A stretch of DNA of 64,000 bases from positions 1-64,000 of the IMG/VR virus record IMGVR_UViG_3300037067_027683; one strand, given 5' to 3'. The number at the start of each line of letters is the position of its first letter. Positions within the stretch are counted from its first letter, which is position 1. Shown here piece after piece: positions 47,088-56,748 of the stretch. A model generated the notes under the pieces. The model ran no database searches, was not told where the DNA came from, and saw only the letters and a list, made by a program, of their open reading frames with translations. This stretch comes from a virus (Duplodnaviria; Caudoviricetes). Both the position numbers and the translations under genes were made by a program.

Positions 47088-47927
47088 TTAAATATCCTCG
47101 TCTTGAAATTTGATGGCTTTATTATGTGCGTAGAAGAACCAATAAATTGAATTAAGCGCGATCAACACGCTAATAATCATAAGATCAATGTGGGAACCAT
47201 AGGTGCCACCATAATATCCTCTAACTGGGTAAGTCGTATCATAATCTTTAGTTAGAGTCTCTCCTTTAGATGCGTCATTGTTATATTTATTATAGTTTAG
47301 AACTCTTTTCATCTCAACCATTTGAGATCCAATTCCGCCAAAGTCGTTGACGACGAAATCGTTAGTTTTCATGGTATCTGTATTTCTTACTTTAATCGTG
47401 ACTGGCCCCATTTTGGGTGTGTTTGGTGATGTACTCAAGTAGAAGATGCAGTTCTTCCCATCGACGGGACCAATTACGTATATTGGTGGACCTTCGACTA
47501 TTGGTTTGTCACAGTATTCCCAGGTATGTCCATTAATCCAATTAGCTTCAAAGACGCAGCCAGCAATTGGGGGTTTAAAGAAAGTCATTTTATTGTATCT
47601 GATTTGGTAGTCATAAGTATCACGAGGATGCATAAATTGGTCTGGGTTTTCTTGGTAATTGTCTTGTTGTTCCTTCAGATAAGAATCGAACATAATGGGA
47701 GCGATGAAACACCACCAGACTCCTATGCCAATAAAGAACGATTCTCTTGGGCCAGGAATAATCCAGGCACGAGATGGTTTGATCAAAAGCCTAGTCAGGA
47801 AAACCACCAAATAGCCTGTTACGGTGAAGATGAAACCAGCAATGGCTACGGTTAGTAAAGCCCTTAGAATAAAGGCTCGGTGTTTGCCGATTTGGTCGTC
47901 GTAGTGTTTAATTTCTGTCTGACTCAT
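47088..47927 (-). CDS. Membrane protein (2 N-terminal and 1 C-terminal TM)
   Basis: Hydrophobic segments; GGGAGG RBS. Confidence 0.65.
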   Translation of the reverse strand: MSQTEIKHYDDQIGKHRAFILRALLTVAIAGFIFTVTGYLVVFLTRLLIKPSRAWIIPGPRESFFIGIGVWWCFIAPIMFDSYLKEQQDNYQENPDQFMHPRDTYDYQIRYNKMTFFKPPIAGCVFEANWINGHTWEYCDKPIVEGPPIYVIGPVDGKNCIFYLSTSPNTPKMGPVTIKVRNTDTMKTNDFVVNDFGGIGSQMVEMKRVLNYNKYNNDASKGETLTKDYDTTYPVRGYYGGTYGSHIDLMIISVLIALNSIYWFFYAHNKAIKFQDEDI

Positions 47928-47999
47928 TTGTTATTCCTCCCAATCTAATATATCTCTGGAATGAGTCCTGTAAAGAAGATAAATACATAAGGTGATAAA

Positions 48000-49286
48000 A
48001 TGGGCCAACCAAACGTATCTCACGCCCCTAGACTTTTCCTATCAATAGGCGATGGTCAAGATGCTGGATATATGTTCGAGAAATTTGAATGGAAGTCGTT
48101 TATTAATGAGGGTTATGTCGTACGTGCTAAATTAATAGACCCATATTGGAATATTATTCGTGATCTGGCAACAACAACATATTTAAGTCAGGGCAGAAGG
48201 AAACCTACCAAGGTTACATGGGAAATTGAATGGCCGACCAATGAAAAGACAGGTAAACATATTGGTTATATTACAGATCTAGATGCACGTGGGATAAATT
48301 CAGGTGGTAAACTTGAATTTATTGCCGTAGACCCACCATCTTATTGGCTAAATGCTGGGGATTCTTCTGGTAAACAATTTGAAGGGAATTTAACCAAAGT
48401 AATTGAGGACGTAATCAATCAATATTTCATTGGCCCAAATGGGAATGGTAAAAAAGAGGTAAGCCAGACATCGGACGACCAAAAAGGTTCTTGGTGGATG
48501 ATGAGAATGGACCCCAAGACCTTTTTAAGTTCTTTACTTGAATGGTCTGCGTCTCTTACTAAAGGCAAGACTAATTGGATTGTTTCAAGCAGTGGTAGCG
48601 TTGAAGATGAGCCAACAATTTGGGTAAAAGAGCAAGCAGATCGTAAATCTGAGGATTATGGGTTATATGTACTTGATATGAATACGCCCGCAGCAAATGA
48701 TGCTTATAATTTCGAATTTTTATCAGACAATTTCATTTCAGTCTTTCAGAGACAGATGATAACTCAGGGTATTTCTAGGACATCGGGTAAATTTTATGAT
48801 AGGATCACCGACCAAGATAGAAAAATTGTCCATGTCGATGACACCACAACTGGCGAGAAAAAGAAAGTTGATATCGATGCTGAGCATGGTTTTGCGAAAC
48901 CAGGAGCTGTTCCTAGTGCGATGGGGACGCCACATGAATGGTCAACTTCGTTAATGGCTGTGCCGCAACACAACGCTGGGGACATAGGTGTCAAGTATAA
49001 AGATTATATAGATGGTCGTGCTCGTAGTGTGTTCCTAAATATGCTTCGTTTTGTAATGCGTATTAAGCTGCGTGTAAATGGTGATCCGTCGAAGACATTG
49101 GCTAATAGCCATAACCTTGGTGTTTCTAAATTAAAGATTGCTTGGATTGATGGCGATGGTAAATCTTACTTTTTGGATGGCGAATGGTTGGTCTATGGTT
49201 TTCACCATCTTGTTACTAGGGGCGATTGGTATACAGATTTATATTGTTATAGGACTGATTATGATTCCTCTGGGCAAAATGTTTAA
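48000..49286 (+). CDS. Putative baseplate hub (gp27/late control D-like)
   Basis: C-terminal V.GDP...LDGEWLVYGFHH...WYTDL pattern; lies before the tape measure gene. Confidence 0.6.
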   Translation: MGQPNVSHAPRLFLSIGDGQDAGYMFEKFEWKSFINEGYVVRAKLIDPYWNIIRDLATTTYLSQGRRKPTKVTWEIEWPTNEKTGKHIGYITDLDARGINSGGKLEFIAVDPPSYWLNAGDSSGKQFEGNLTKVIEDVINQYFIGPNGNGKKEVSQTSDDQKGSWWMMRMDPKTFLSSLLEWSASLTKGKTNWIVSSSGSVEDEPTIWVKEQADRKSEDYGLYVLDMNTPAANDAYNFEFLSDNFISVFQRQMITQGISRTSGKFYDRITDQDRKIVHVDDTTTGEKKKVDIDAEHGFAKPGAVPSAMGTPHEWSTSLMAVPQHNAGDIGVKYKDYIDGRARSVFLNMLRFVMRIKLRVNGDPSKTLANSHNLGVSKLKIAWIDGDGKSYFLDGEWLVYGFHHLVTRGDWYTDLYCYRTDYDSSGQNV

Positions 49287-49320
49287 TGGGTATCAAAACT
49301 AATTTAGTGGAGTGTTGAGA

Positions 49321-52300
49321 ATGGCTGACCCAAATGCTTTTGCTTTAAGTTTAGAAATGACGCTTAATGACAATGCGTCTAAAGTCTTGGAGAAAATTGA
49401 TAAATTAACGTCTACAGTAGAAAAGGGACTCAATTCATTAGCCAATAAAATGACTAAATTTGGTGATGTCGATTTTAGTCGTGGGGTTAGTAGACAGTTC
49501 AAGATGATTAACGAAGACGCCAACAAATATGGCGGAATATTGAACGACCTTAGCAAGAAGATGATCGAACTATCAAGGAATGAGTTAACTGCTCCAGATG
49601 TAGACGAAGTGGCTCATGCTGTCAAATTACATGAAGAATTGTTAGATATCACTAATAAGGTTAATTTAGAGTTAGAGTTGGGTTCTATTAAACAAGAAGA
49701 AGCTGATTCAATAATGCATAAGGCTAACGTGGCGAGTAGACGATATCAAATATGGCGTCAACAATCAGATAAAAGTCATGTTGGATACCAAAAGTTAGAT
49801 GAACAGTTAATTAAGAGTCTTCGTCATTATGAGACTAAAACTGGTATTAAACTACGTGGCATGGAGAAAATTGGTTTCTTGGACAAGTTTAGATTTTATA
49901 ATCAGGAAGCATCAACTATCAAGGATGCTATTGGACTTCTTGAGAAACAAGAAAGAGCAGCTCTGCAGGCTGGTAAATTTGCTCAGGCCGAACATCTAAA
50001 GAAATTGCGTGATGTAGTTACTAAGATTGGTGAGGTTAAGGCTAGCTGGGATCAAGTAAAGGCTGGAGTATCAGGCGTAGCAGGAACTATAGGATCAGTA
50101 ACAAGAACCATTGGTCTTGGTGGCATAGCAGACGCAGCATCTGCATCTGGTTTATACACAGCGGCAATCCAAAAAGCCGGAGAGCAACAAGAGCGTTTTC
50201 ATGAAGCTATTTTCTCTGGTATGGATGACCTGAACTCAACTCAAGTGTACATGAAGGATATTTCAACACACGCCAGAAAAATGGCTACTAATTTTAAATT
50301 TTTACAAAAAGAAATTGAGGACGCTATTGTTTCTATGCGCCAAGTCGGCATGGCTAGAGACCAAATTATTGAATTAGACAAGTATAGTGCGATGTTGACA
50401 AGAACTACTGGCGCAAACACACAAGCAATAGCACAATATTCAAAAATGACGACTGTTGCAGGTATGAGTACTAGAAAATTAACTCAACAATTATTAGCAA
50501 TGAATCGTTACGCCAAATCAGCTGGATTGTCGGGACAAGATTTGAATGACATTATGGCCGAACAAGCTCATTCGGCGCAAATGGTTGGTAAGGACGGGAC
50601 ACAGGCTCTGGTTGGATACAACCAGATGATGTTGAGGTTAGCTGGATCAGCCAAGGCATTTGGTGTCAACACTCAAGAAGTTATTGGTATTGTTAATAAT
50701 CTGAAAGATCCATTCCGTGCTGTGTGGGCTACTGGCGGGAATATGTTTGGAACATTGGAGGATAGAACTAAAGGTGTTTCAGACACTATAAATGAGTTGG
50801 AGAAGGATATGAAGGGCATGAGTGCAGAAGAACGGCGTATGACAATTGGTATTTATACACAACAGGGATTACTTGGCGAAGCAGGCATCAATACAATTGA
50901 ACAATATGAAAGATTATCTCCTGCAATCCGTGACGCCATGGGTGATCAGAAGAAGTTGCAGGAAAGCATGTCTGGGATTTTCAAAGAAGCAGCAGATCCT
51001 GAAGCAGAGATGAAGAAAAATTTACAAGACACAAGTACTATTATTAGAGAACAAGCTATAGCCGTAGAAAAAGTGATTACACAATTGCAAGAGAAATTGT
51101 CTGGTGTTCTTGATAGATTAGAAGCCATGCTTAATAAGTTTAATGGTTCAACCATGGCTCAGACAACTACGGCTTGGGGAGTTATGGGTACTGCTGGAGT
51201 TGGCGCATTTTTGGGTATTTTGAAAACTATCGGTGATGTCGGGATGGCTGTTCGTGGTTTGAGGGATACGTTCGGATTGTTAGGAAAGATTCCTGGACTT
51301 AAGCAACTTGGTGGATTGCTTGGTAAAATTCCACTAATTGGTAAATTGTTCGACAAGGGTGCTGCAACTGCTGTCGGTGACACGTTTACTGCTACTTTAG
51401 AACGCTTCAAACTGATGCAGTCAGCACGAATGCCAGGAGTGGCTAATTTAGAAGGCATTACAACAGCAACTAGTAAGTTGCCAGGGATTTTTGGCACAGT
51501 ATCGAAAGGCGCACAAAGTTTAATGGGTAGCATGCAATCAACAGTTAGTTCGTCTAAATTGTTGAGTTTAGCTCTAAATCCAGCGACGTTGGCTATTGCA
51601 GCAATCGCTGCTAGTGCGTATTATTTTTACACACAAATAAAGATGACAAAAGATGTACTTGAGGAACTTGAAAAGACTAACGCTAAGATTAATGAAGATA
51701 CAGCTACTACTGCTAAGCAATTGGAGGCAACCGGCGTAATTCGTAGAAAAGGATATGAAGATCAGCAGAAGCAAATTGACGATATGTTAAAAATGCAAGA
51801 GAAAACTGAGGATACTTATGCTGGTTGGCGTGAGAGGTTACTTGGTCTATCGGTTAAACAATCGAAATATGACATGATGTCTGCCGAAGAGAAAAATGCT
51901 TATAATACAAAATTGGCGAAGTTGAATATGGAGAAGAAACAGAAGCAGGACGAGCTTAATAAGAAAATGACCGCAGATGAGAAAAAAGCTGACCAAGATA
52001 AATTAATGAGGTTTAATAATCTTACAGAAGAGGAACGCAAGAAATGGGCGGCTGAATCTGAGCAAGCTAAAGCCGCTGAGAAAGCAGCTGGTAAGGCCGA
52101 TAAGGCATCGGAAGATGCTGTTACGGCACCAGTGCTGAGTTGGGAAGAAGGTATGAAGCAATCTTATGCCAAATTTGGTATCCTTGATAAATGGGCCAAA
52201 GGATCAGATGAGCTTAGGGGTAAAAGCTCAAATGCAATGCCAGATGGTGAGGCTGGTGGATCATTCTGGAAAACAGTTAAAGACATAACTTCGCGACCAA

Positions 52301-52527
52301 AAGTTACGCCAATTGTTACGACAAAAGTAACTGAGGATACTGGTAAATCACCAACTAAGCGCGATGAAACAGCTGCTAAAGTTGGAGATATTCGTGGTGA
52401 TTTAAAACAAATTATTGACAACAAATCAGTCGATTCGATTGTTGGATTGCTTCAGCAATTCTTGCCGAAGATGATTGATAGTGGCGATACAGGTTTGGCG
52501 TCGGTTGCTAATAGGTGGAACACATAA
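49321..52527 (+). CDS. Tail tape measure protein
   Basis: ~1070-aa helical Ala/Gly-rich protein with hydrophobic segments and GKIPG repeats, within the tail module. Confidence 0.85.
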   Translation: MADPNAFALSLEMTLNDNASKVLEKIDKLTSTVEKGLNSLANKMTKFGDVDFSRGVSRQFKMINEDANKYGGILNDLSKKMIELSRNELTAPDVDEVAHAVKLHEELLDITNKVNLELELGSIKQEEADSIMHKANVASRRYQIWRQQSDKSHVGYQKLDEQLIKSLRHYETKTGIKLRGMEKIGFLDKFRFYNQEASTIKDAIGLLEKQERAALQAGKFAQAEHLKKLRDVVTKIGEVKASWDQVKAGVSGVAGTIGSVTRTIGLGGIADAASASGLYTAAIQKAGEQQERFHEAIFSGMDDLNSTQVYMKDISTHARKMATNFKFLQKEIEDAIVSMRQVGMARDQIIELDKYSAMLTRTTGANTQAIAQYSKMTTVAGMSTRKLTQQLLAMNRYAKSAGLSGQDLNDIMAEQAHSAQMVGKDGTQALVGYNQMMLRLAGSAKAFGVNTQEVIGIVNNLKDPFRAVWATGGNMFGTLEDRTKGVSDTINELEKDMKGMSAEERRMTIGIYTQQGLLGEAGINTIEQYERLSPAIRDAMGDQKKLQESMSGIFKEAADPEAEMKKNLQDTSTIIREQAIAVEKVITQLQEKLSGVLDRLEAMLNKFNGSTMAQTTTAWGVMGTAGVGAFLGILKTIGDVGMAVRGLRDTFGLLGKIPGLKQLGGLLGKIPLIGKLFDKGAATAVGDTFTATLERFKLMQSARMPGVANLEGITTATSKLPGIFGTVSKGAQSLMGSMQSTVSSSKLLSLALNPATLAIAAIAASAYYFYTQIKMTKDVLEELEKTNAKINEDTATTAKQLEATGVIRRKGYEDQQKQIDDMLKMQEKTEDTYAGWRERLLGLSVKQSKYDMMSAEEKNAYNTKLAKLNMEKKQKQDELNKKMTADEKKADQDKLMRFNNLTEEERKKWAAESEQAKAAEKAAGKADKASEDAVTAPVLSWEEGMKQSYAKFGILDKWAKGSDELRGKSSNAMPDGEAGGSFWKTVKDITSRPKVTPIVTTKVTEDTGKSPTKRDETAAKVGDIRGDLKQIIDNKSVDSIVGLLQQFLPKMIDSGDTGLASVANRWNT

Positions 52528-53094
52528 ATGGCTGGCGACTCTTCGTTATGTGATTTTGATAGGGGCTTGGTAGAATCAGCTACCTTGATTGTTCTGGCAT
52601 TAACTCCAGAACAAAAGAATGTAGAGTTTCAATTTCCTCCAAAGATTGTTGGTGAAAGTAATGCGTCTAATTGGAATGAAACATCAGACGTAATGTCAAT
52701 TGAACGTGTTAAATATATGATGGGAGCGCAAGGCCGTAGGCTTGATGTTGAATGGGAACATATTGCTACTGACAATGTTTGGACACCTGATAAAATCTTT
52801 ACGCAATTGAATAATCTTAAATCATATTTTTATGAATTTAGTAAAAATGGATATCCAATAATAAGTTTTAAATATACCAAAATTTTAGATTCTGATGGTG
52901 GAGTGCCATTTAGAATGAAAGACTTTAATATTAGTAATGGTCCTGAATACATAAAAGGTACTGGAGGATATTTTCCATTGTATTCTAAGGTTAAAATCGG
53001 TATCGAATTAGTAACAACTTTGGCTTCTGCAGAAGATGTGAACAAAAAGGTAAAGATGCCTCAACTCAAGAATGTTAGAAAGGAGTGGTATTAA
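52528..53094 (+). CDS. Baseplate/tail-tube initiator-like protein
   Basis: FQFPP.I....W; position between the tape measure and gp53 genes. Confidence 0.55.
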   Translation: MAGDSSLCDFDRGLVESATLIVLALTPEQKNVEFQFPPKIVGESNASNWNETSDVMSIERVKYMMGAQGRRLDVEWEHIATDNVWTPDKIFTQLNNLKSYFYEFSKNGYPIISFKYTKILDSDGGVPFRMKDFNISNGPEYIKGTGGYFPLYSKVKIGIELVTTLASAEDVNKKVKMPQLKNVRKEWY

Positions 53095-53402
53095 TGCCAG
53101 ATAGTACTTCTAGGTTCGCAGAAACCGAAGTCATCATGGTCAATAATGTGACTACTTATGGATTATGGGTTCGTCCTGATGTTGTTAATCCTGATGATTT
53201 GAACCAAGAAGACATAGTTACATATGCAGTCGATCAGGCAACTGCAGGTAGACCTGATTTAATTTCGAATCAACAATATGGTACTCCATTCCTGGAGTGG
53301 GTAATTGTGATGTTTAATAGGCCACTTAATACTCTTGGATGGCCTAAAGCAGGAACAGTCATTAAATTCCCGTCAAAACAGGCAGTGAGAAGATTAGCGT
53401 AA
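53094..53402 (+). CDS. Baseplate wedge gp53/tail X (LysM-like)
   Basis: GRPDLISNQQYGTPFLEWVIVMFN...G..IKFP. Confidence 0.85.
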   Translation: MPDSTSRFAETEVIMVNNVTTYGLWVRPDVVNPDDLNQEDIVTYAVDQATAGRPDLISNQQYGTPFLEWVIVMFNRPLNTLGWPKAGTVIKFPSKQAVRRLA

Positions 53403-55598
53403 ATGTCAGACCAAAGTGGAATTTCACTTGTATGGGAGCGATTCCATCGCGAAAGGACTAAACCGTTATTTGACCGTTTCCCAGGATATTATTGCGCAGT
53501 AGTAGTAGAGACCAATGATTCTCTGCAGAATTATCGTGTGCGTTTTAAATGCCCTGAGTTACATGATTGGTCTTTAGAACCAAAACAATGCCCGTGGGCG
53601 GATAAAGCTCCATGGTTAGGTGGCAAAAATGCTGGGTCTTGGTCACATCCTATAATTGGTGATTTGGTGTGGATAATCTTTGAAAAACAACATCCTTATG
53701 GACCAATATGGGTTGGCTTTGCAACTCCCACTCGCAGGAAATATTATCCATTAGAATCAATATATACTCGTTCTCCTTTGGCGGTTAATGCGGATGAGGA
53801 ATCAGATGGGAAACCAGATGATTATTTAGAGGAATATTTACCCAAAGATTTTAGGCCGATGTCTTTTGGATCACGTGATCGTTATGGTAATGCTACAATT
53901 ACGTCAGCTGTTGGGTTTTTCCCGAAAGAACATGATATTGAACCCGCAGTTGTTGGACAGGATGCAATATCTAAGTCGGATTTTGAGAGAGGCAAAAAGC
54001 CAGAGGTTAATAATCCAGATAGAAAATATAATGTTAAAGCAACCAAATATGGTATTTATGAAATATTATCCGATGTCGGTTACTATTGGAAAAATGATGG
54101 CGACACAGGTGAATTTGAAGGTGATTTTGATAATGATCATGATTTTGAGATAGAAAGAACTAAATACTTTGTTAAATTATTAAATGAAAATGAACCGAAT
54201 TCTGCTAATAGAGATCAAAGACGATATGAAATTAGAACTCGTGCTGGCCATAAGTTTGAAATGCGTGATGTCGGTTATGCACAACAGGGAGGAGCAAGAT
54301 CTGGGTGTGAAGAGGTATCGAATGCTAAATCTCGTCCTGAATATGGTAAAGCACGAATTCTCTCTAAATGGAATCAGACCGACGAACGATGGGTTAAGTT
54401 TCGTTCTAAAGGTGGACACCTAATCCAGTTGATGGATATGGGTTTTCATCCTGAAGAAGATAATTTTTATAAACGTCAATTAATTGAGGAGATTGGGCCT
54501 GACGCAGACGATGAAAAGACTGGTAATTGGACCGGTAGAGATTCGCGTCAGATTCGTTTTGTTAGTCGTTGGGGTAGTAAATTCGTTTTAGATGATCGTG
54601 GCACAGATCCAAAGGAAGCTGAAACTAAAGAGAAACCTCGTGGAAATGGTTGGTTCCTAAAGACTCGTCGTAGTTGGACAACTGAGCCTAGTACTCCTCG
54701 TGGATTTGCGTTTGAAGCTATTGATAAGGATGAACTTAATACTACTAGATGGTATACTCCTAAATCCAAGATTATCGAGATGAATGATCGTAAAGATTAT
54801 ATGATGTTCTGTACTGATACTTCATCTGAAATATCTCGTGAGTGGAAAAAGCTTCTAGAAAATGAGTTTGCTCTTAAGATTGCTATGACTGATAATCCAG
54901 AGTTGAATACTTACCATCTCAAGTTGGATAAGGCTAATGGTTATGTTCGTTTGAAGACTGCTGTTGGTGGCGATAATAAGCTAAGACCAGAACCAGAGCA
55001 ATTTCCAGATGCCGATCCAACAGGTGGTATCAATCAAGGTATCGAAGCTAGAGATGGTCGTGTTGGTGTTGATGGCGCTTGGGTAGAGACAGTTGATGTC
55101 AGTGAACGTGGTATTTGGTTTTCTGAAAAGAATAAACTTGGTATTTGGCGTTCTAGGACTGGTAAAGATCAGTTTATCATGATCATGGACCAGGATGGTG
55201 CTGAGAAGATTGTTATACGCAATAATGAGAATGGACCAATACAGATTTATTGTAAAGGTGATATTGAAATTGTTTCTGAACGAAATATAGCTTTGAAGGC
55301 TGGAGATAGGATTACATTGAAGGCCGAGAATGAGATAGCCTTCGATGCAGGTGGTGGACAAGCTAAGTTGAATCCAGGTGGTTGGTACATGAATGTAAAT
55401 GACAATGCACCAGCCCATACTGGTTTCTTACCGTTGGCTTTCCCAGGGGGTGGTGCTCAGAATGATACTGGTGCGGCGGCGACTGTGATTGATCCAACGC
55501 CAATTGACCAGGAGAAGAGAGTACCAGCGGATAGAGGTGTTGTTGGCAATGGGCCATTCAATGAGGTCCCAGAGAAGGTTGTTAAGGTCTGCGAATGA
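53403..55598 (+). CDS. Central spike gp5/VgrG-like protein
   Basis: OB domain Y.AVVVE..D....RVRFKCPEL...PWA...P.IGDLVWIIFE..HP..PIWVG; beta-helix repeats; GDIEIVSERNI.LKAG. Confidence 0.85.
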   Translation: MSDQSGISLVWERFHRERTKPLFDRFPGYYCAVVVETNDSLQNYRVRFKCPELHDWSLEPKQCPWADKAPWLGGKNAGSWSHPIIGDLVWIIFEKQHPYGPIWVGFATPTRRKYYPLESIYTRSPLAVNADEESDGKPDDYLEEYLPKDFRPMSFGSRDRYGNATITSAVGFFPKEHDIEPAVVGQDAISKSDFERGKKPEVNNPDRKYNVKATKYGIYEILSDVGYYWKNDGDTGEFEGDFDNDHDFEIERTKYFVKLLNENEPNSANRDQRRYEIRTRAGHKFEMRDVGYAQQGGARSGCEEVSNAKSRPEYGKARILSKWNQTDERWVKFRSKGGHLIQLMDMGFHPEEDNFYKRQLIEEIGPDADDEKTGNWTGRDSRQIRFVSRWGSKFVLDDRGTDPKEAETKEKPRGNGWFLKTRRSWTTEPSTPRGFAFEAIDKDELNTTRWYTPKSKIIEMNDRKDYMMFCTDTSSEISREWKKLLENEFALKIAMTDNPELNTYHLKLDKANGYVRLKTAVGGDNKLRPEPEQFPDADPTGGINQGIEARDGRVGVDGAWVETVDVSERGIWFSEKNKLGIWRSRTGKDQFIMIMDQDGAEKIVIRNNENGPIQIYCKGDIEIVSERNIALKAGDRITLKAENEIAFDAGGGQAKLNPGGWYMNVNDNAPAHTGFLPLAFPGGGAQNDTGAAATVIDPTPIDQEKRVPADRGVVGNGPFNEVPEKVVKVCE

Positions 55599-56323
55599 TA
55601 ATTAGCGCTCCTACTGCCTTATATAAATCAATCTTGCCAAAGAGTGAGAGTGATCCCTCTAACGTTACCTTTACGGTATCTAGTAACGATCCACCTAGGA
55701 GTAGCCAGAATTCCCAAATTATTTCTAGCGTTGAAGAATTGCGACAATTACCGGAGAGAGTTGTTTCACAGGACGATAGAGAAAAAACATATGGAACTTA
55801 TGTGTTCAGTGTTGCGGCTGGTAGCCAAACCCAAGTTGGTTTGGGCACAAAATCATTCGAGGTTGGACAAATTCTAGAATTCGAAGAGGAAATTCCAGGG
55901 ACTGTGACGCCGTTAGAAGTGCCTGAGGAAGTTGATATTCAACACAACACAAATTTGTTGGATTATCAAATGCTTGGTCTTACTCAAGCTGAGACTAATT
56001 TACTCATAAAGGATGCGAAGAATGATTTTAATAAAATTTTAGACGAGTTAAATCTTACTATGACTAATGTTAATAATTATCAGATTAAGGTTCAAGATAA
56101 TCAAAAAGAAATTAACGAAACTCGTAAGGCCAAGGATGCTGCGAAAGTGGTGTTGGAATATAGTGGTAGTACGGCTGCTGGTGAGATATATGATAAGTTG
56201 GTTATTAGAGAAGCAGAATTGTTAAGACAACGTCAAATTATAATTGACGAACTTAATGCTCTAAATTCTACAGCTAAGGATTTATATAATAAAACTCTTG
56301 AATTGCAGGAGGTGGTCCGTTAA
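55595..56323 (+). CDS. Hypothetical coiled-coil protein in the baseplate module
   Basis: Coupled ORF with heptad-rich C-terminus. Confidence 0.6.
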   Translation: MIISAPTALYKSILPKSESDPSNVTFTVSSNDPPRSSQNSQIISSVEELRQLPERVVSQDDREKTYGTYVFSVAAGSQTQVGLGTKSFEVGQILEFEEEIPGTVTPLEVPEEVDIQHNTNLLDYQMLGLTQAETNLLIKDAKNDFNKILDELNLTMTNVNNYQIKVQDNQKEINETRKAKDAAKVVLEYSGSTAAGEIYDKLVIREAELLRQRQIIIDELNALNSTAKDLYNKTLELQEVVR

Positions 56324-56739
56324 TGGCAAAATATTATGGCTATAATGCTCCATTCATGGGTGGTAATCAGATGGTTTTATCACAGCAAGTTGATGATCGT
56401 CTTATCAGAAACGATCTTCTTCAATTGTTATTGACTGCTCCAGGGGAACGAATGATGCGTCCTACTTTTGGCACTCCAATTAGACGTTTTGTTTTCGAAT
56501 CTATGACTGATTCGAATATAAATCAACTTAGATCTGACATCATTGCTGCGATCAAACAGTTTGAACCTAGAGTAATTGTGTCCGATGTTAAAATGGAAAC
56601 GACAGATGATAATAATTTACTAAGTATAAAGGTTTATGGTACATTCAATTTAGATCCATTTGTTGGTGCGCCAGTAACTACTCCTAATTTGTTGGTGGAA
56701 TTAAATATACCAACGAAGACCTCTAACCCAGTCACTTGA
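56323..56739 (+). CDS. Baseplate wedge gp25/gpW
   Basis: LLLTAPGERMMRPTFG...FE...FEPRV. Confidence 0.92.
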   Translation: MAKYYGYNAPFMGGNQMVLSQQVDDRLIRNDLLQLLLTAPGERMMRPTFGTPIRRFVFESMTDSNINQLRSDIIAAIKQFEPRVIVSDVKMETTDDNNLLSIKVYGTFNLDPFVGAPVTTPNLLVELNIPTKTSNPVT

Positions 56740-56748
56740 GGTGAATTA

